Positions 52,301 to 64,000 of a stretch of 64,000 nt of DNA are shown here, piece after piece. Position 1 is the first letter of the stretch, and each line of letters starts with the position of its first letter. The DNA comes from Lytechinus pictus. Lineage: Eukaryota. The DNA lies in assembly GCF_037042905.1 (NCBI RefSeq), contig NC_087251.1, positions 36,954,001-37,018,000 on the forward strand. The letters run 5' to 3'. A program made the translations under genes and the position numbers. The notes beneath the pieces are model-generated. The model searched no databases, had not been told where the DNA came from, and saw nothing but the letters and a program-made list of their open reading frames with translations.

Positions 52301-55300
52301 TTCAATCTGGCCTGTGATCACTCCTCCAATCTCTGTAAATTGGCAACACACAGTGTGTGACAAAACCAGGAATAGCAAATTAATAAAGGCAATGCCATAA
52401 GGACATTTACCACACCTTTATTTTTTGCTCTTTCTCAAATTCAGGGGCCGTTGCATAAAACTTTTTACCTGAGAAAACTCAGGTTGTTTTTACCGGAGTT
52501 TTTGCCCTGTGTTAAAGTCAATGGCAGAAAGCAGACTAACATTAGTTTTCAGTTTTTACCACAGTTTTCTCAGGTAAAAAAATTTATGCAACAGGCCTCA
52601 GGTCAATTTTTATGGTTAAAAGTTAAAACTCACCGTTGTAAGTACAAATGGATCTAGAGACAACAAATAAATTTGATCTGAAATGTCTTCTTACATGAGA
52701 ATCAAAACTAATCACCGAATCAGACATGTGGGACTATACACAATGTTTGACACTTAAGAGAAATTAATGCATCTATCACTTGCAAGTCTATTTTTAGGTC
52801 CGCAAATTGATCATATATCCTCCATTTGATTGCAAAGTGGCACTTAATAGCTGATCTGGATCTTGGTGGACATGAGCTCAATGTGTCTTTGTACATATAG
52901 CCCATCTGAACCGTAACGTGAGTAACCACTTTATCTGCACCCCTAGTAAAAACCATGTGTTCTTTTTTTTTTTTATTATATACAAATTTGTCTCCCTAAT
53001 ATACTTCTTTGAAATGGATATAATCAACTTTCATAAAAGCCTTGCATGAGGACACTTTTCACTTATGTCCACTTTTCATTTTATGCATGTCCAAATCATG
53101 TAACATGAGTAACTGACACATTTCAAAGATTTGCCAGGAGCATAATGAAATTTCCCAAGTTTTGTTTTTATACAAAGGATAGTCAGACTGCGTACTATGT
53201 TGTGATAAAGAGATGTTTAGTTCCTATCAATAATAATGGAGTTACAGCTCAAAGTATGAGTCAAGGTGTCTCCAAATGTAACGTGAGAAACCGTGGAATA
53301 GCCCAAAGGTATTTGATACAGTTGGAATTGATCTATCAATTGCCAAATTGCAAGAGAAATTTGCTATCAATTGCAAAATTTTCATGTAACACCCCCAGTT
53401 GTCAGAATGTGAGACACATACCTACCCCCTCAATCAATTGCAAATAATAAAATCCCATATAAATTATAAGCAAACAAATGGTTTTATCCTCTTATTAAAA
53501 AAAATGCCATTTCATTGAAATAATTTTTTTTCTTTTGCTTAATAGCAATGCTAGCATAGATTTGCCAAAGAAAAAAAAGAGAGGGGAGTGATTAAACTAT
53601 GTGTAGATTCAAACAGATCCAGTTGAATACAATTTAGAACTGATTTTAAAAATAAATCAATATTCAAGCATACTTGGCACATACATGTAACATTACAAGA
53701 ACAGAACAAAAGAATGCTAAACAGAATCAACAGATCCTTTCCTTCTAGTCTGGCTCAACAATACTTACTACTCATGAGGAGCAAAATTATTCACATATGC
53801 TCACATTAAATCATAACAAAAAAAGCTGAGTCGAATAGAAGTACAGTTATTTGGCTCTTTATCTCCAAGTCAAGGCAGATATAAAAGCATTTTCAGCAAG
53901 AGTAAAAATGATAGAATATCATCAGAACATGCAGCAAAAATAATTCTTCCTTGCTAATTAATACAAAATCACTAATATATTGTGAAGATAAGCTACAAGA
54001 ACTTTGCAAGAGTGAGGGGGGGGGGGGGAGAGTAGACAACAGTATTAACTTGTACCCTTTGTTTTCTCCCTTTTACACGGTTCCCACAGAAATTTGAAAA
54101 CAGAATTCCATAACTTTCACATGACTAAATTGCCGCTTTCCATGACTTCCCGCAACGTCCCGGTAGTTATGTAGAATTTGGGATGTCACAAAACCAGGAA
54201 AAAATAGAAATCATGAACACCAATTATAATAGCAGAGTGTGAGAGTTGCGAGACATGACAAACTGGAAAGCTGCCGTAGCCAAGAGGTAAATGCAATTCC
54301 ATGACTTTTCGCAAATTTTCCAAATTCCCTGACTTTTCCCTGACTTTCCATGACCACAAATTTTTCCAGGATTTTCCATGACTGTGGGAACCCTGTTTAG
54401 AAAGAGGTATGAATGTCAACTTTATTCTTGTAGAAAATCTTTCAACAAATCTCTCCTTCCAATGTCACTATGTTTGATTTTTCAGTGATAATGCAAACAT
54501 TATTATTGCAGTAGAATTACCACATCTCAAAATGTATTTCCTGCAGTACCTTATAAGACATTTTATGAGGTATTTCAAGAAAATTACAATGAAATGGTAG
54601 TACTTCAGAACCAAAATCCTAATGACCTGGTACCGGTTGAAGAAAGAGTTGCGTTTTAACACAAGTCAAAATATCAATCACAAGTCGTGTGGTCCAGTGG
54701 TTAGAGCATTGGACTCATAATCGCAAGGTTGTGAGTTTGAATCCCAACTCTGCCATTGTCGCCACTTTGATGAAAAAGGCCCGAGAGTGATATCTGTCGT
54801 CTATAACGTCAGCCACTATGACTGATAAACCTAGACGTAAAATGTTTCCTAGGTAATTGGTTATATACCAGCTTGGCGTTTACCAGCAAAATGCTGTCCT
54901 GCCGAGTTCCTGCGGGAGTTACCATAAACAGAAACAGAAGTCCCAAATGCATGCAGTTCATTGGTTGAAAATAAAGTTGCGTTTGATATTTAGAGATGTG
55001 TTTGCTTGCAATTCTTTCTGCAACGGGACCCCTGAAGGTTTACATGTACACTCCGTCTACATGCAGTTGGTCTACTCACAATTTAGTCTAATTGTTGTTT
55101 GGTCTAATACCCACTGAATCAAGTTCAATTATCAGTTAGTCTAATACCCAGATAGTCTCAATTTCCACTTCATCTCCAAATTATTGTGCTCTTCGTCAAA
55201 TAAAAAAAATTGATTAACAGTTTCTATAATCAAACAGACTAAATAGTGTTAAATGAAATGGATATTGCCTTCAATAGAAATAAGACCAATTAAAGAGCAA

Positions 55301-58300
55301 GATAAATTGCAATAAAACTAAATGATAAGATGGATGATCTGGGGTCCGTTTCTTAAGCTGTTTGTAAGTTAAGAGTGATTTTAAGAATAAATGGTGATCC
55401 TTTCTTGTGAAATGCTAGTCACCATTAAAGGGGAATCCAACCCAAATAAAAACTTGTTTTTATTAGGAAAAGAAAAATCAGACAAGTTGATAGGTGAAAG
55501 TTTGAACAATATTGGACAAACAACAAGAAAGTTATGAATTTTTAAAAGTTATAAATATTGGTAATCACTATACTCATGGAGACTTCAGATTGGCCGTATA
55601 TGGGATGTCATAGTGATGTAAGGCAAGGACTACTCTTCCATGTACTCCAATACATATTATGGCTAAAATGTCATTTTTCCCAAAAGTTTTATTTCAAATT
55701 ATATTTTTCTTTCATGAGGACATAAAACAATATACTACCAGGATTATATTTAGATTACTTCCCCAGGGGAATGGGTACTTAGGAGAAAACCACAAATCCC
55801 TGATAATAAAGTACATGGCCTATGAGAAAGTTGTCCTTGCCCCTTGTCATAATTTACTTACCCAGTTGCCAATTTGAAATCTACATAGTGTTAGTGATTT
55901 CAATTTCAAAGCAGCTATAACTTTCTTATTGCTTGTCCGATTTCTTTCAAACTTTCACCATTCCGTTTAATTTATTTTTCTCCTTCCCAACACAATATAC
56001 AAATAGCGAATAGGCATGAGTGCGATGGTGCGAGATTTCGCATGAGGTGAAAGAAAGATGCTCTATTCAACGAGGCGTTAGCCGAGTTGAATAGAGTGTT
56101 TCTTTCTTTCACCGAATGCGAAATCTCGCACCATTGCACGAATAAGAATATTTGCTATTTGTGTTGTACAACGCCTCGGAAGTTAGCGAAAATATGTAAA
56201 AACAAAGAGTTTTTCCTGCAGTAATCTATGAAAAGGGAGCAAAAATATGGAAAGCGAAAAGCAAAATCCCACAAGCGAACACCTCGGGCAGCATTGCGCA
56301 TTTAGCCAGCAGGCTATACGCGTATTGCACCTTCATTTTTACTGAGCGCAATGAATTGAATCGTATTGTGACGTCACCTCCTAAGCCGTGCAACGGTACA
56401 TTTTGGATGGTACGTCTTTTGTGCAACGGTACGAATGTTTGACATTCAGCCTCCCATTTGCTCGCGTACAACAAGTTAAGTAGGCGTTGTACAACATTTA
56501 ATGGCCAAGGCTGGATTCCCCTTTAAATGTTCATTGGTGATCAAGCGGCAATTTACTTGATCCAAATGGGTGAATTCACATTACTTACGTGATGCGCCAC
56601 CCTTTTGGGTGCTGGATGAATCACTCTTCAGCATTTGGAGTACGGCCGATGCTTTCGCTTCGTCATAGTTGGTTGAATCTACGGCCATTTCAATCATCAA
56701 CTCACTCACATTAGGGAATTTCTTCTTCAAATTTGCCTTCACTGTGGTTATTTTGCAGATTTAAAAAAAAATCATAGTGATTCTGATAGTAAGACAAAGC
56801 CTTGTTAATTCCAATTTTCTGTCACCGTAGTTATACTTTATCAACAAAAATGATATTCAAGATTAGATAATTTTATAAATGGTTCTGTAAAAATGAGACA
56901 GAACACCTCAGTGAGATATGGAGGTTTGCACACACAAGATTCAAATATTGATAGATCTACAAGTTTAAAATGAATAAAAATAAAAAATATGAAATTGTTT
57001 TATAGTGCATAACACAGCAATTTATGTCCTTATGCCATAATATGAAAGAGAAGTAGAAATTAAGAAATGAAATCAGAAACTAAGATGGTATTCATGTCTA
57101 ATGAATGTCATATGAACCGTGCCTAACACAATTGAACGACGAAATTAATATTTCTTTCTACAATTTAGGTCAAGGTGAAATATAACACTGATGTGGCAAA
57201 ATGATGATATTCAGTGACAATCCTCTATTTCAATTATTCATTATCACCTTTTGCATTTTTATTCCTTTTTTTTTCTTCTTTGAATAAATGTCAATATAAC
57301 AGAATATTGTTAATAATTACAATAATAAAAAGATGAATTTTTTCAAAGTGCAATCACTATGCGGGCTTTGATAATAACTTCTAATGATTATACTGCAAAA
57401 AATTAACTACTTAAATAATTCAGTACACAGGTGGGTCTTCAATGATTAAAAAAAAGGAACAGATAGGCATTTCTTATCACAATAGGATAAGAATCTTTTA
57501 AAAATTTTTACAAAAGAATCTAAAATACTAAAAGCAATTAATTCTGTGCTGTACATTATTTATGAGCTAGAAAAAGAAGGATTTTCAAAAAAAAATTCAT
57601 GTGTTCACAATGTGTCAATTATTTCCCTCAATTCAAATAAGTACTGCAAACAAAAATAAACTGTTAATTTCCACAAATACTTGAAGAGTGCAATTATGGC
57701 CTGACATGGCAAACTATGAATACTTATTATTCAACAATGTCATAAAATTGATATCACTGCCGATGTTATTTAAATCTAAAGGAGTTTTCAAACACTTACC
57801 AGTTTGTTTTTTCATTGCTGTCAAGGGGGCACTTTTCTATGGGGAAAGAGAAATAAAATAGAATTATTCTTTATATCTAGGAACAGGTGAAGTTCTTCAC
57901 TTATTATTTTAGAAATACAAAAACAGTGTGATCAAGCCAAGTATCAGAACACATGTTGCCCATGGTATAATCTATAAAACTAGGAGGCACTGGGTGCCCC
58001 CCCCCCCCTCCCCTGGCCTAGTTAGGTTAAATCCTATCATGAAAACTGCTTTATGGGTTTTTTGCTTATAGTACATTAAAACCAGTCATATCTCTGTGGC
58101 AGTCATTTATTTACAGAATCAAATCAGCCTGGATAAATTGTAAGATAATCCAGTTATACCGTTGGTTTTAAAAGACAACATGTGGTACTCTACGGACAAA
58201 ATCTTACCTTGGGAGAAGATTTTGGATGAGCTTTCTTAGCCACAGGTTGGTTGACAACTTTTTGTCCCATCAGGCCCAAGGCTGTTTTGGCTTCATCCTT

Positions 58301-61300
58301 GTTGAAATCGTATGTCTCTAATATCATGTCCACTACATTGGCCTGGGTGTTAGCAAACATGTGCCGCATCTCCCGCTTGACTGTACATGTAATTTTAAAA
58401 TTCATTTGAAAGTTTTTGCATGTTTACTTCAGAAGTTCACGAATAATGAAAATAAAATGTTAGCAGACATCCTGGCTACATTGTCAATTTGAATTTTGTC
58501 TGCAACACCTGAAAATTCTATTGTTTGTGATGTTTCTCATTCATGTCTCATATACATATGTATTTTTTTTATAGATAGCCCAAAGTAAATAGTATTTTAA
58601 CATTTAACATCCATATTAATCTTGGTGAAACATTTAAAAATTGACAGCAAGTATTCAAGACCAAACTACATGACTCTTAAAAAAAAGGAAAGTACATGAA
58701 CACCAAACCATACATATTTTTTTTAATTTGAAGGTCAGAGATTATTGTGAGCTGGATTTTTTTCATGGTTAAAGGCTTAAAAGTGAAAAAAATAAACATA
58801 TACAATCATGAAGATATCATTAAATATTCAGAAAAACATTGAGAGTGAACTTATCAAGAAGATTTTGCAGAATGTGATCTTACCAGCTTCCTTGTCAATG
58901 GGAGGTTCATTGAAAGTTGTCTCGACTACTGGAGGGGTCTGCAGAAAAAAAAGAGCAATGTTAAAGATAAACTCTGGTACTGGTAACAAGGGAAAATTAA
59001 ATTTTCTCAGAATTGAACAAAACTTAAACAGAATCACAACAAGTGGAGCACCTCTGGCAGTCTCGCCTGCATTACGCAATTCAATATACATGTAGCAGCA
59101 GTGCTGACTTTGAAAACGACTATTAAATAATAATTTACAAAAAACGCCATTCACAGAATAATAAAAATACTCCATTCACTGACCCTATATGACATATGGC
59201 CTTGATCATGTAACCTAAGACTTGTGCAAAATTATCAGTGATACTTGATTAACACCATGTACACATTTCATGAAATATATCCATAAATTTTCAAAATTAT
59301 GAAGGCAATTCAACGGTTTTCCCCCCAAATTGCCAAAGTTCATTGACCTTCAATTACCTTTGTCATGTGACCTGAAACTCGGGCAGGATGTTCAGTAATG
59401 CTTGACTACCCTTATGACTAAGTTTCATAAACTAGGTCCATATACTTTCTAAGGTATGTCATTTCAAAAACTGAACCTTAAGTTAAGATTTGATGTTGAC
59501 ATTACCGCCGCCGTCAGGAACACGGCGCCTATAATAGTCTCGCTCTGCTATGCAGGCGAGACAAAAAGGAGTAGTTGGCAAGCCTGAAAGTGCACCTTCA
59601 AAAAGTATCCCTGGCCCTAAATCCAACTTTAAAGCCTGCAATTAAACTACTTGGCAAAAGTTAAGATAAATCCAAGCACCACACTGAATGTGAGCCCAGA
59701 TGGGCAATGACTGTGTCCTACCGGTTTAGCTTCCTGTCTGCGCTGAGCTGACTGAACCCGCCGCCTCTCCCGCTCCTTCTCCAGTTTAGCTTGTTGCTCT
59801 TGACGCTTTTTTTCCGCTTCCATTTGTTCTCTTGCTCTCATGAGAGCGATCTCCCTCTGCTGTTCCATCACTTTACAAGCATTGCAAGTACTCCCCTCAA
59901 CATCAACCTAACAGAGTAAAAATAGGAGTATTTGAAGATGAAAAGAATAATGAACATCATTTTTTTTTATATAGCTCTTATCAAAATATCGAGTGGAATT
60001 AAAAAAGGTGGTTTAAAATTTATTTTTACCATAACGAACTATCATAATTTTGTATCATAGGTATCAAATTACGCTTAATTTTACTGCGTATATTAAAAAA
60101 TGTCCAATGCTGATGCGTGCTTTTGTCACAGTGCGCCAAATTGACGCCTGTGGTTATCCATGCTATTTTATTCATGAGTCCACTGTTCTGAATTATGAGT
60201 CCACTCTTCAAACAGTGGACTCATGAATAAAATAGCGTATCTAACCATGGTACAGGCGTCAAATTGGCGCACTGTGGCAAAAGTGCGCATCAGCATTGGA
60301 ATTTTTTACACATGCGCCCGATACACGCTAAATTAAGCATAATTTATACAGGAAATCTGCATAACCATGGATTCAACCGTGAGTTTTAAAAACCACCATT
60401 GTGAATTCAGGCTATAGTGCCTAACAGATGCTCTGCTAATGCCAGGGTAATTATGATGCTTTACTGTAGTGTACAGTGCTTTGAGATTTCTGATAAAGTT
60501 AGAGTTAAATGCTACATGTATAAAAGTATAATTATAATTTATTAATATGCACTTGGAATGATCCAATGATTCCTGGTAAAGATCTGTTTTTGTGAGAATG
60601 CTCTAGATTTGCGATTGTTATCATTGTTTTATATACCATTGGTCAATGCAGATTTGAGCAAATTAATTTTACTAGTTTATAGTCCGTGGTCTAAAATCTA
60701 AATGTACACCACCTTTTATGAAATCCACCCATTGGTCTGATTTCACAAAGAAAAATGTTGAATCCATGGCCTAATTAATACACAATTTATGCAAAATTTC
60801 ATGCACCAATTAATGCTTAGTTTTGCATGCATTAAGAGAAAGGGGTGTACTAATGTACATCTTTGACACATGCATAGGGTCCTACATTCATCCCTGTAGC
60901 TACATTGTTTAAGTTTTAATGAGCCCACTACTTTGAATGAATGGGTATAGTGTAAATACAAACTGATTTCAGCAGTGCATTCCCACCATGGTTTGACTCG
61001 TCGTCCATTTTTGTGAAACACAAATTTAAACAATCCGGGGGCCGTTTCATAAAGCTGTTCTTAAGTTAAGAGCAACTTTAAGAATGACTGGTGAACCCTT
61101 CTTATACGTGCTAAACAATCGCCAGTTCAATACCATTTACCACAAGAAAGGATCACCAGTCGTTCTTACAGACGCTCTTAACTTACAAACAGCTTTATGA
61201 AACACCCCCCATGTCTTAAATTCAGCCCAAGAAATTAAATGACATCATATGGAATGCTCTAACCTGAAAGTTTCAAGTAAATCTACTTTGCGAACTTAGG

Positions 61301-63493
61301 CCTTCAATCACGTCAATCAACCAGTCATATTAAGAGACGACTTCCTAGCTCTTGCTAGGAAGTCTTGCTCCTAGCTCTTACAATAACATCACATAGAAAC
61401 TTTTGCATTTGAATTCCCAGACATGTATACAATTCAAAATCTACAAAAGTTCAAAATATAAATCAGGTGGTTTTTTTTGTTTCCTAACATTTTTCTAATA
61501 AACTGAATTTTAAGATTGATGTTTGAGCCATTACACGTCCAAACATTTGTTTGTATACATGTACTTACTGTTATGTGATGATAAGACATATCTCACATAT
61601 TCAATAATATATCAATACATAATCAATACTTAAAGGAGAATGAAACTCTTGGAGCAAGTTAGCTTTTGTGAAAGCAGAAAAATCAAAGAATAAGATCAAC
61701 AAAAGTTTGAGTAAAATAGGACTAGCAATAGAAGAGTTATGAGCATTTGAATGTCGAGATCACTAATGCTATGGAGATCCTCCCATTGGCAATGCGACCA
61801 ATGTCTATGATGTCACAGATGAACAACTCTCCCCTTTTGGACACTGAAAATATACCCCAGAACATCTCTTTTTACTCATTCTAATCATATGACAAACGAT
61901 TCATCAATGATATAATGTTGTGAAACCTCTGTACTTGTCCTCTCATAAAGAGAACACCTCACCTCGTGATATACTCTATAAAAGTGAGAATATAAGTGAA
62001 ATAAGTACTAAAGTAATGAGGGAGTTGTACGTGTGTGACATCACAGATCTTGGTCGCATTGCCAATGGGAGGATCTACATGGCATTAGTGATCTCAATAT
62101 TCAAATGTCCATAACTTTCTTATTATTCAATCAATCTTCCTCAAACTTTAAACAATATGTTTCTTTGATTTTTCTCTTTGATATGGATTCAGCTGGTTTC
62201 AAGGGTTTCATTCTCCTTTAATCAATACTTCTACAGGAAGTATAACAGGAAATCATATGTCATTGTTTACAACAATGATTCGGAAAATCAATGTCATGAA
62301 AGGGAAAAAAATATTCAAATTCACTATCAATATATTACCTTGAAAAATCAATTTCATCAATTCAACAATCTAATTTAATTAATTTATCCAACTAGTACAT
62401 GTATATCAACATACCTCTTTGGTCTTGCATGTTCTACATTTCGGTTTGGCAATGGGCTGCATTGGAATATAAGCCTGGAAATTAGAGAGAAGTTCAACAA
62501 AATCAACATATTAAATCCTGGATGAACACGAATCTCACCACAAAAGAACAGGAACTCTATGTGATTGTGCACATAATCTCTAGGATTATAACCATACTTC
62601 CTAGGCTTAACATGCAAATCTTAAGCAGTTCCTACATACATGTACATGTACTAGAGATGTACAGAGATGTAGCTTTGAGCTATTGAATGTAACAAACATT
62701 TATGCATCTACTCTTATCATTCATATATATGCACAAAGACATCTAGATAACTGCAATAACACATACAGAGCCATACAGAAATAAAAAGAGGATCAGTAAT
62801 AAACGTGATAATCCTAATAATATTCTGCTTTTATTTAGCGCTTTGATATATTGGAACAAAGTCTCTAGTGCTTTTTAAATATATCAACCTGGTAATCAGA
62901 GTTTTGCTTCCCTGCAAACATGCATGTTGAAAAGAAGTTTATAAACAAATTTGATATTTCTGCACTCCATGGGGAGCATTCCACCAAGAAGTTTCCGAAC
63001 TCAATTGCTTGGTATTCAACATTGGCATACTAAAATATTGTGTTTTAATATCAGAAAATATTGTGTCTCTATCAGGAAATTCCTTTAATGCTTTATAAGC
63101 ACCTATATGGCAGCACATCTATTCCGATTGTTCCAATTGATGTACTTCAAATTTGACTATGTATTGTTTGATTTTGTTGTGCTTTGTAAACGGAAAATGA
63201 ATAAATCTAAATCTAAATCTAAATTTAAAAAAGCCGGGTAGCAGCGATTGGTATCCTCAGGCAAAAAGAGCTTAATAAATAAATCCAGCTATTATTATTA
63301 TCAAATTGCAGGATCTCAGACAGTAGACTATATTTCATAACTTAGCTTTATAACTTGCAAGGTATTGAAACAGAGCCCTGGTCACATTGTGATACATACC
63401 CGAGGTTGGGCGGGACTCCTCTGCTGTGCCTCATAATACTCTTTCCGAGGGTCAACCCACTGGGTTTTCTTAGTCATATGGTTGATGTAGAAA
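37400..63493 (-). CDS. Multi-exon gene (5' part outside the window): WW domain, coiled coil, two CUE-like domains, S/T-rich linker, C-terminal GP repeats
   Basis: Exons with AG/GT borders and consistent phases: 63400-63493 (FYINHMTKKTQWVDPR, C-terminal half of WW), 59722-59907, 58884-58938, 58208-58380 (MRHMFANTQANVVDMILETYDFNKDEAKTAL), 57800-57836, 56589-56741 (LKKKFPNVSELMIEMAVDSTNYDEAKASAVL), 48530-48614, 45679-45786, 42175-42246, 39176-39274 and 37400-37607 (stop). Confidence 0.88.
37720..37910 (-). mobile_element. tRNA-derived SINE (decayed)
   Basis: Colinear similarity to 35690-35945. Confidence 0.6.
37995..38720 (+). mobile_element. 5'-truncated L2/CR1-group LINE fragment (C-terminal part of the RT ORF), decayed
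   Basis: LQNCISDIRQWMIVNKLKLN, IRNLGVIFDS, VLSCIDYCNGLL, LQNWAA and LYWLPFKQRITFK motifs, with frameshifts and stops. Confidence 0.9.
39439..39747. mobile_element. hAT-like MITE related to 40366-41688
   Basis: TIR CAGCGTAGGAAAT / ATTTCCTACCCTA and shared GGGCGA.TTCGCCC subterminal motif. TSD decayed. Confidence 0.6.
40213..41755. mobile_element. MULE-like MITE with subterminal repeats, split by the hAT-like insertion
   Basis: GACATTTGCTCCGGCGACAACTGCTCC versus GGAGCAATTGTCGGCGGCGGAGCAAATGTC. Flanks AAATCTAAT/AAATTTAAC (7 of 9 match). Internal CCTAAC-type repeats. Confidence 0.7.
40366..41688. mobile_element. hAT-like non-autonomous element with a perfect 8-bp TSD
   Basis: Termini CAGTGAAAAAAATA...TATTTTTTTCCCTG. 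ATCCCTAT at 40358-40365 and 41689-41696. Repeated subterminal GCCCC motifs. Confidence 0.85.
41873..41970 (+). mobile_element. tRNA-derived SINE head
   Basis: TGGCTTAGTTGGTAAAGC (A box) and AGTTCAAACCCC (B box). The anticodon stem is imperfect. Confidence 0.6.
42348..42722. mobile_element. Kolobok-like MITE
   Basis: TTAA-AAGTGTACTCCAGGCTGAAAAT...ATTTTCAGCCCAGAGCTCCCCT-TTAA. Confidence 0.65.
43790..44150 (+). mobile_element. Old non-LTR retrotransposon 3' relic
   Basis: Conceptual translation GW..MMYKSM..HDHSTRHS..GITVWNQLKSSL resembles the C-terminus of CR1/L2-group ORF2. Confidence 0.5.
46133..47090. mobile_element. Non-autonomous Helentron-like (HINE/pearl/Tsp-type) element with ~160-190-bp internal core repeats
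   Basis: Starts AACAAG. Subterminal inverted repeat GTCTCACCTGCAT/ATGCAGGTGAGAC, terminal hairpin, (GCC)n microsatellite, tandem TGACCTTTGACC-containing cores and an A-run at the end. Confidence 0.8.
47542..47880. mobile_element. hAT-like MITE
   Basis: ATACCTGCCAAC / GTTGGCAGGTAT terminal inverted repeat. Confidence 0.6.
47987..48142. mobile_element. PIF/Harbinger-like MITE
   Basis: CCGTAACGCAATGGTTAACGATTAATCGC / GCGATTAATCGCTAACCTTTGTGTTACGG. Confidence 0.7.
52242..52332 (-). other. Possible alternative exon of the WW/CUE gene
   Basis: TTTACAG acceptor, in phase with the upstream exon (QIGGVITGQIEVTFPKTSTTNSVTTEQADS). It ends either at a non-canonical GCAAGT donor or reads on to the stop at 52178. 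Confidence 0.35.
52444..52597. mobile_element. PIF/Harbinger-like MITE
   Basis: GGGGCCGTTGCATAAAACTTTTTACCTGAGAAAACT / AGTTTTCTCAGGTAAAAAAATTTATGCAACAGGCC, with TCA on both sides. Confidence 0.75.
54076..54394. mobile_element. hAT-like MITE
   Basis: CACGGTTCCCACAG / CTGTGGGAACCCTG, with TTCCATGAC subterminal repeats. Confidence 0.65.
54684..54925 (+). mobile_element. tRNA-derived SINE nested in a Harbinger-like MITE (about 54630-55032)
   Basis: GTGGTCCAGTGGTTAGAGC (A box) and GAGTTTGAATCC (B box). The flanking MITE halves rejoin at CAAGTC/GAAGTC. Confidence 0.7.
55425..56526. mobile_element. Kolobok-like MITE (TTAA TSD) containing a nested palindromic element
   Basis: TTAA-AGGGGAATCCA...TGGATTCCCCT-TTAA. 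Confidence 0.8.
55996..56494. mobile_element. Palindromic non-autonomous element (Crypton-like)
   Basis: A ~165-bp imperfect palindrome (55999-56162) centred on CGAGGCGTTAGCCGAG. ACAA is repeated at both junctions. No terminal inverted repeats. Confidence 0.65.
59038..59566. mobile_element. Second, shorter copy of the Helentron-like family
   Basis: Same termini and core sequence as 46133-47090, with about two cores. Confidence 0.8.
60068..60344. mobile_element. Long-palindrome MITE
   Basis: Arms of about 125 bp, e.g. GCTATTTTATTCATGAGTCCACTGTT / AACAGTGGACTCATGAATAAAATAGC. Confidence 0.75.
61037..61210. mobile_element. PIF/Harbinger-like MITE
   Basis: GGGGGCCGTTTCATAAAGCTGTT...AACAGCTTTATGAAACACCCCCC. 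Confidence 0.7.
61630..62221. mobile_element. Kolobok-like MITE (TTAA TSD) with long internal inverted repeats
   Basis: TTAA-AGGAGAATGAAAC...GTTTCATTCTCCT-TTAA. Internal inverted repeat GATCCTCCCATTGGCAATGCGACCAA / TTGGTCGCATTGCCAATGGGAGGATC. Confidence 0.85.
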
Positions 63494-64000
63494 CTATGGA
63501 GAAATGAAAAAAAAACAGTAATTCTATGAAATGTAGGAGTATGACTGCGTCCCCTACCAGAGACTTAAAACCTTAAAAAAGGCTATATTAACAGGTTCAT
63601 TGACTAATTCAAAACATTTTCAAATCTAGAAAAAACATGCAAGCTTCAGTCCCTGTACTAATGGGTGTTCTGCTTAATTATGATGCCAACATTGTAAATT
63701 TACCTTGTACATAGACTGAACAGATGGATGCCCATGCATAATGTAGAGACAGCATTGAAAAAAAAAGGGAAGATCATGACGCTCTAGACCGAGTGATCTT
63801 CCCAGTATTTAGCAAATCAGACATTAGCAAAAATGGCTCCATTATACGGCAAATATTATAATACTTCAAATATTCCTTGGACCACTGCTTGCAAAACATT
63901 CTTCAAGAACATTGATAATCCTTCACTCTTCACTCAAAATTGATGGTAGCCCCTAAGGGGCAATCTTGAATGACATCATCTTTCTACTAGACGTCTTTAT

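Overview
AT-rich eukaryotic genomic DNA, dense in repeats and spliceosomal introns. The repeat families suggest a marine invertebrate, probably a sea urchin (inference). Main contents: (1) A 7.55-kb foldback-type element (24251-31801). Its inverted arms are built from 15-bp tandem repeats and it is flanked by an 8-bp direct repeat (TGACAAAA). It carries an intron-containing pogo/Fot-like DD35D transposase (HTH-psq, CENP-B-type HTH, DDE_1, coiled coil, PHD-like finger), an enzyme class that normally makes TA duplications. (2) A minus-strand multi-exon host gene (37400 to beyond 63493; 5' end outside the window) with 11 phase-consistent exons, encoding WW + coiled coil + two CUE-like domains + Ser/Thr-rich linker + C-terminal GP repeats. 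(3) A ~1-kb-unit tandem array (18375-22503) with an A-B-A-B mosaic pattern. (4) Many non-autonomous elements, several nested: Kolobok-, hAT-, MULE-, Harbinger-, Crypton- and Helentron-like elements, tRNA-derived SINEs and LINE relics. Most short ORFs in the supplied track are spurious. Coordinates were read by eye; ends of decayed elements are approximate.
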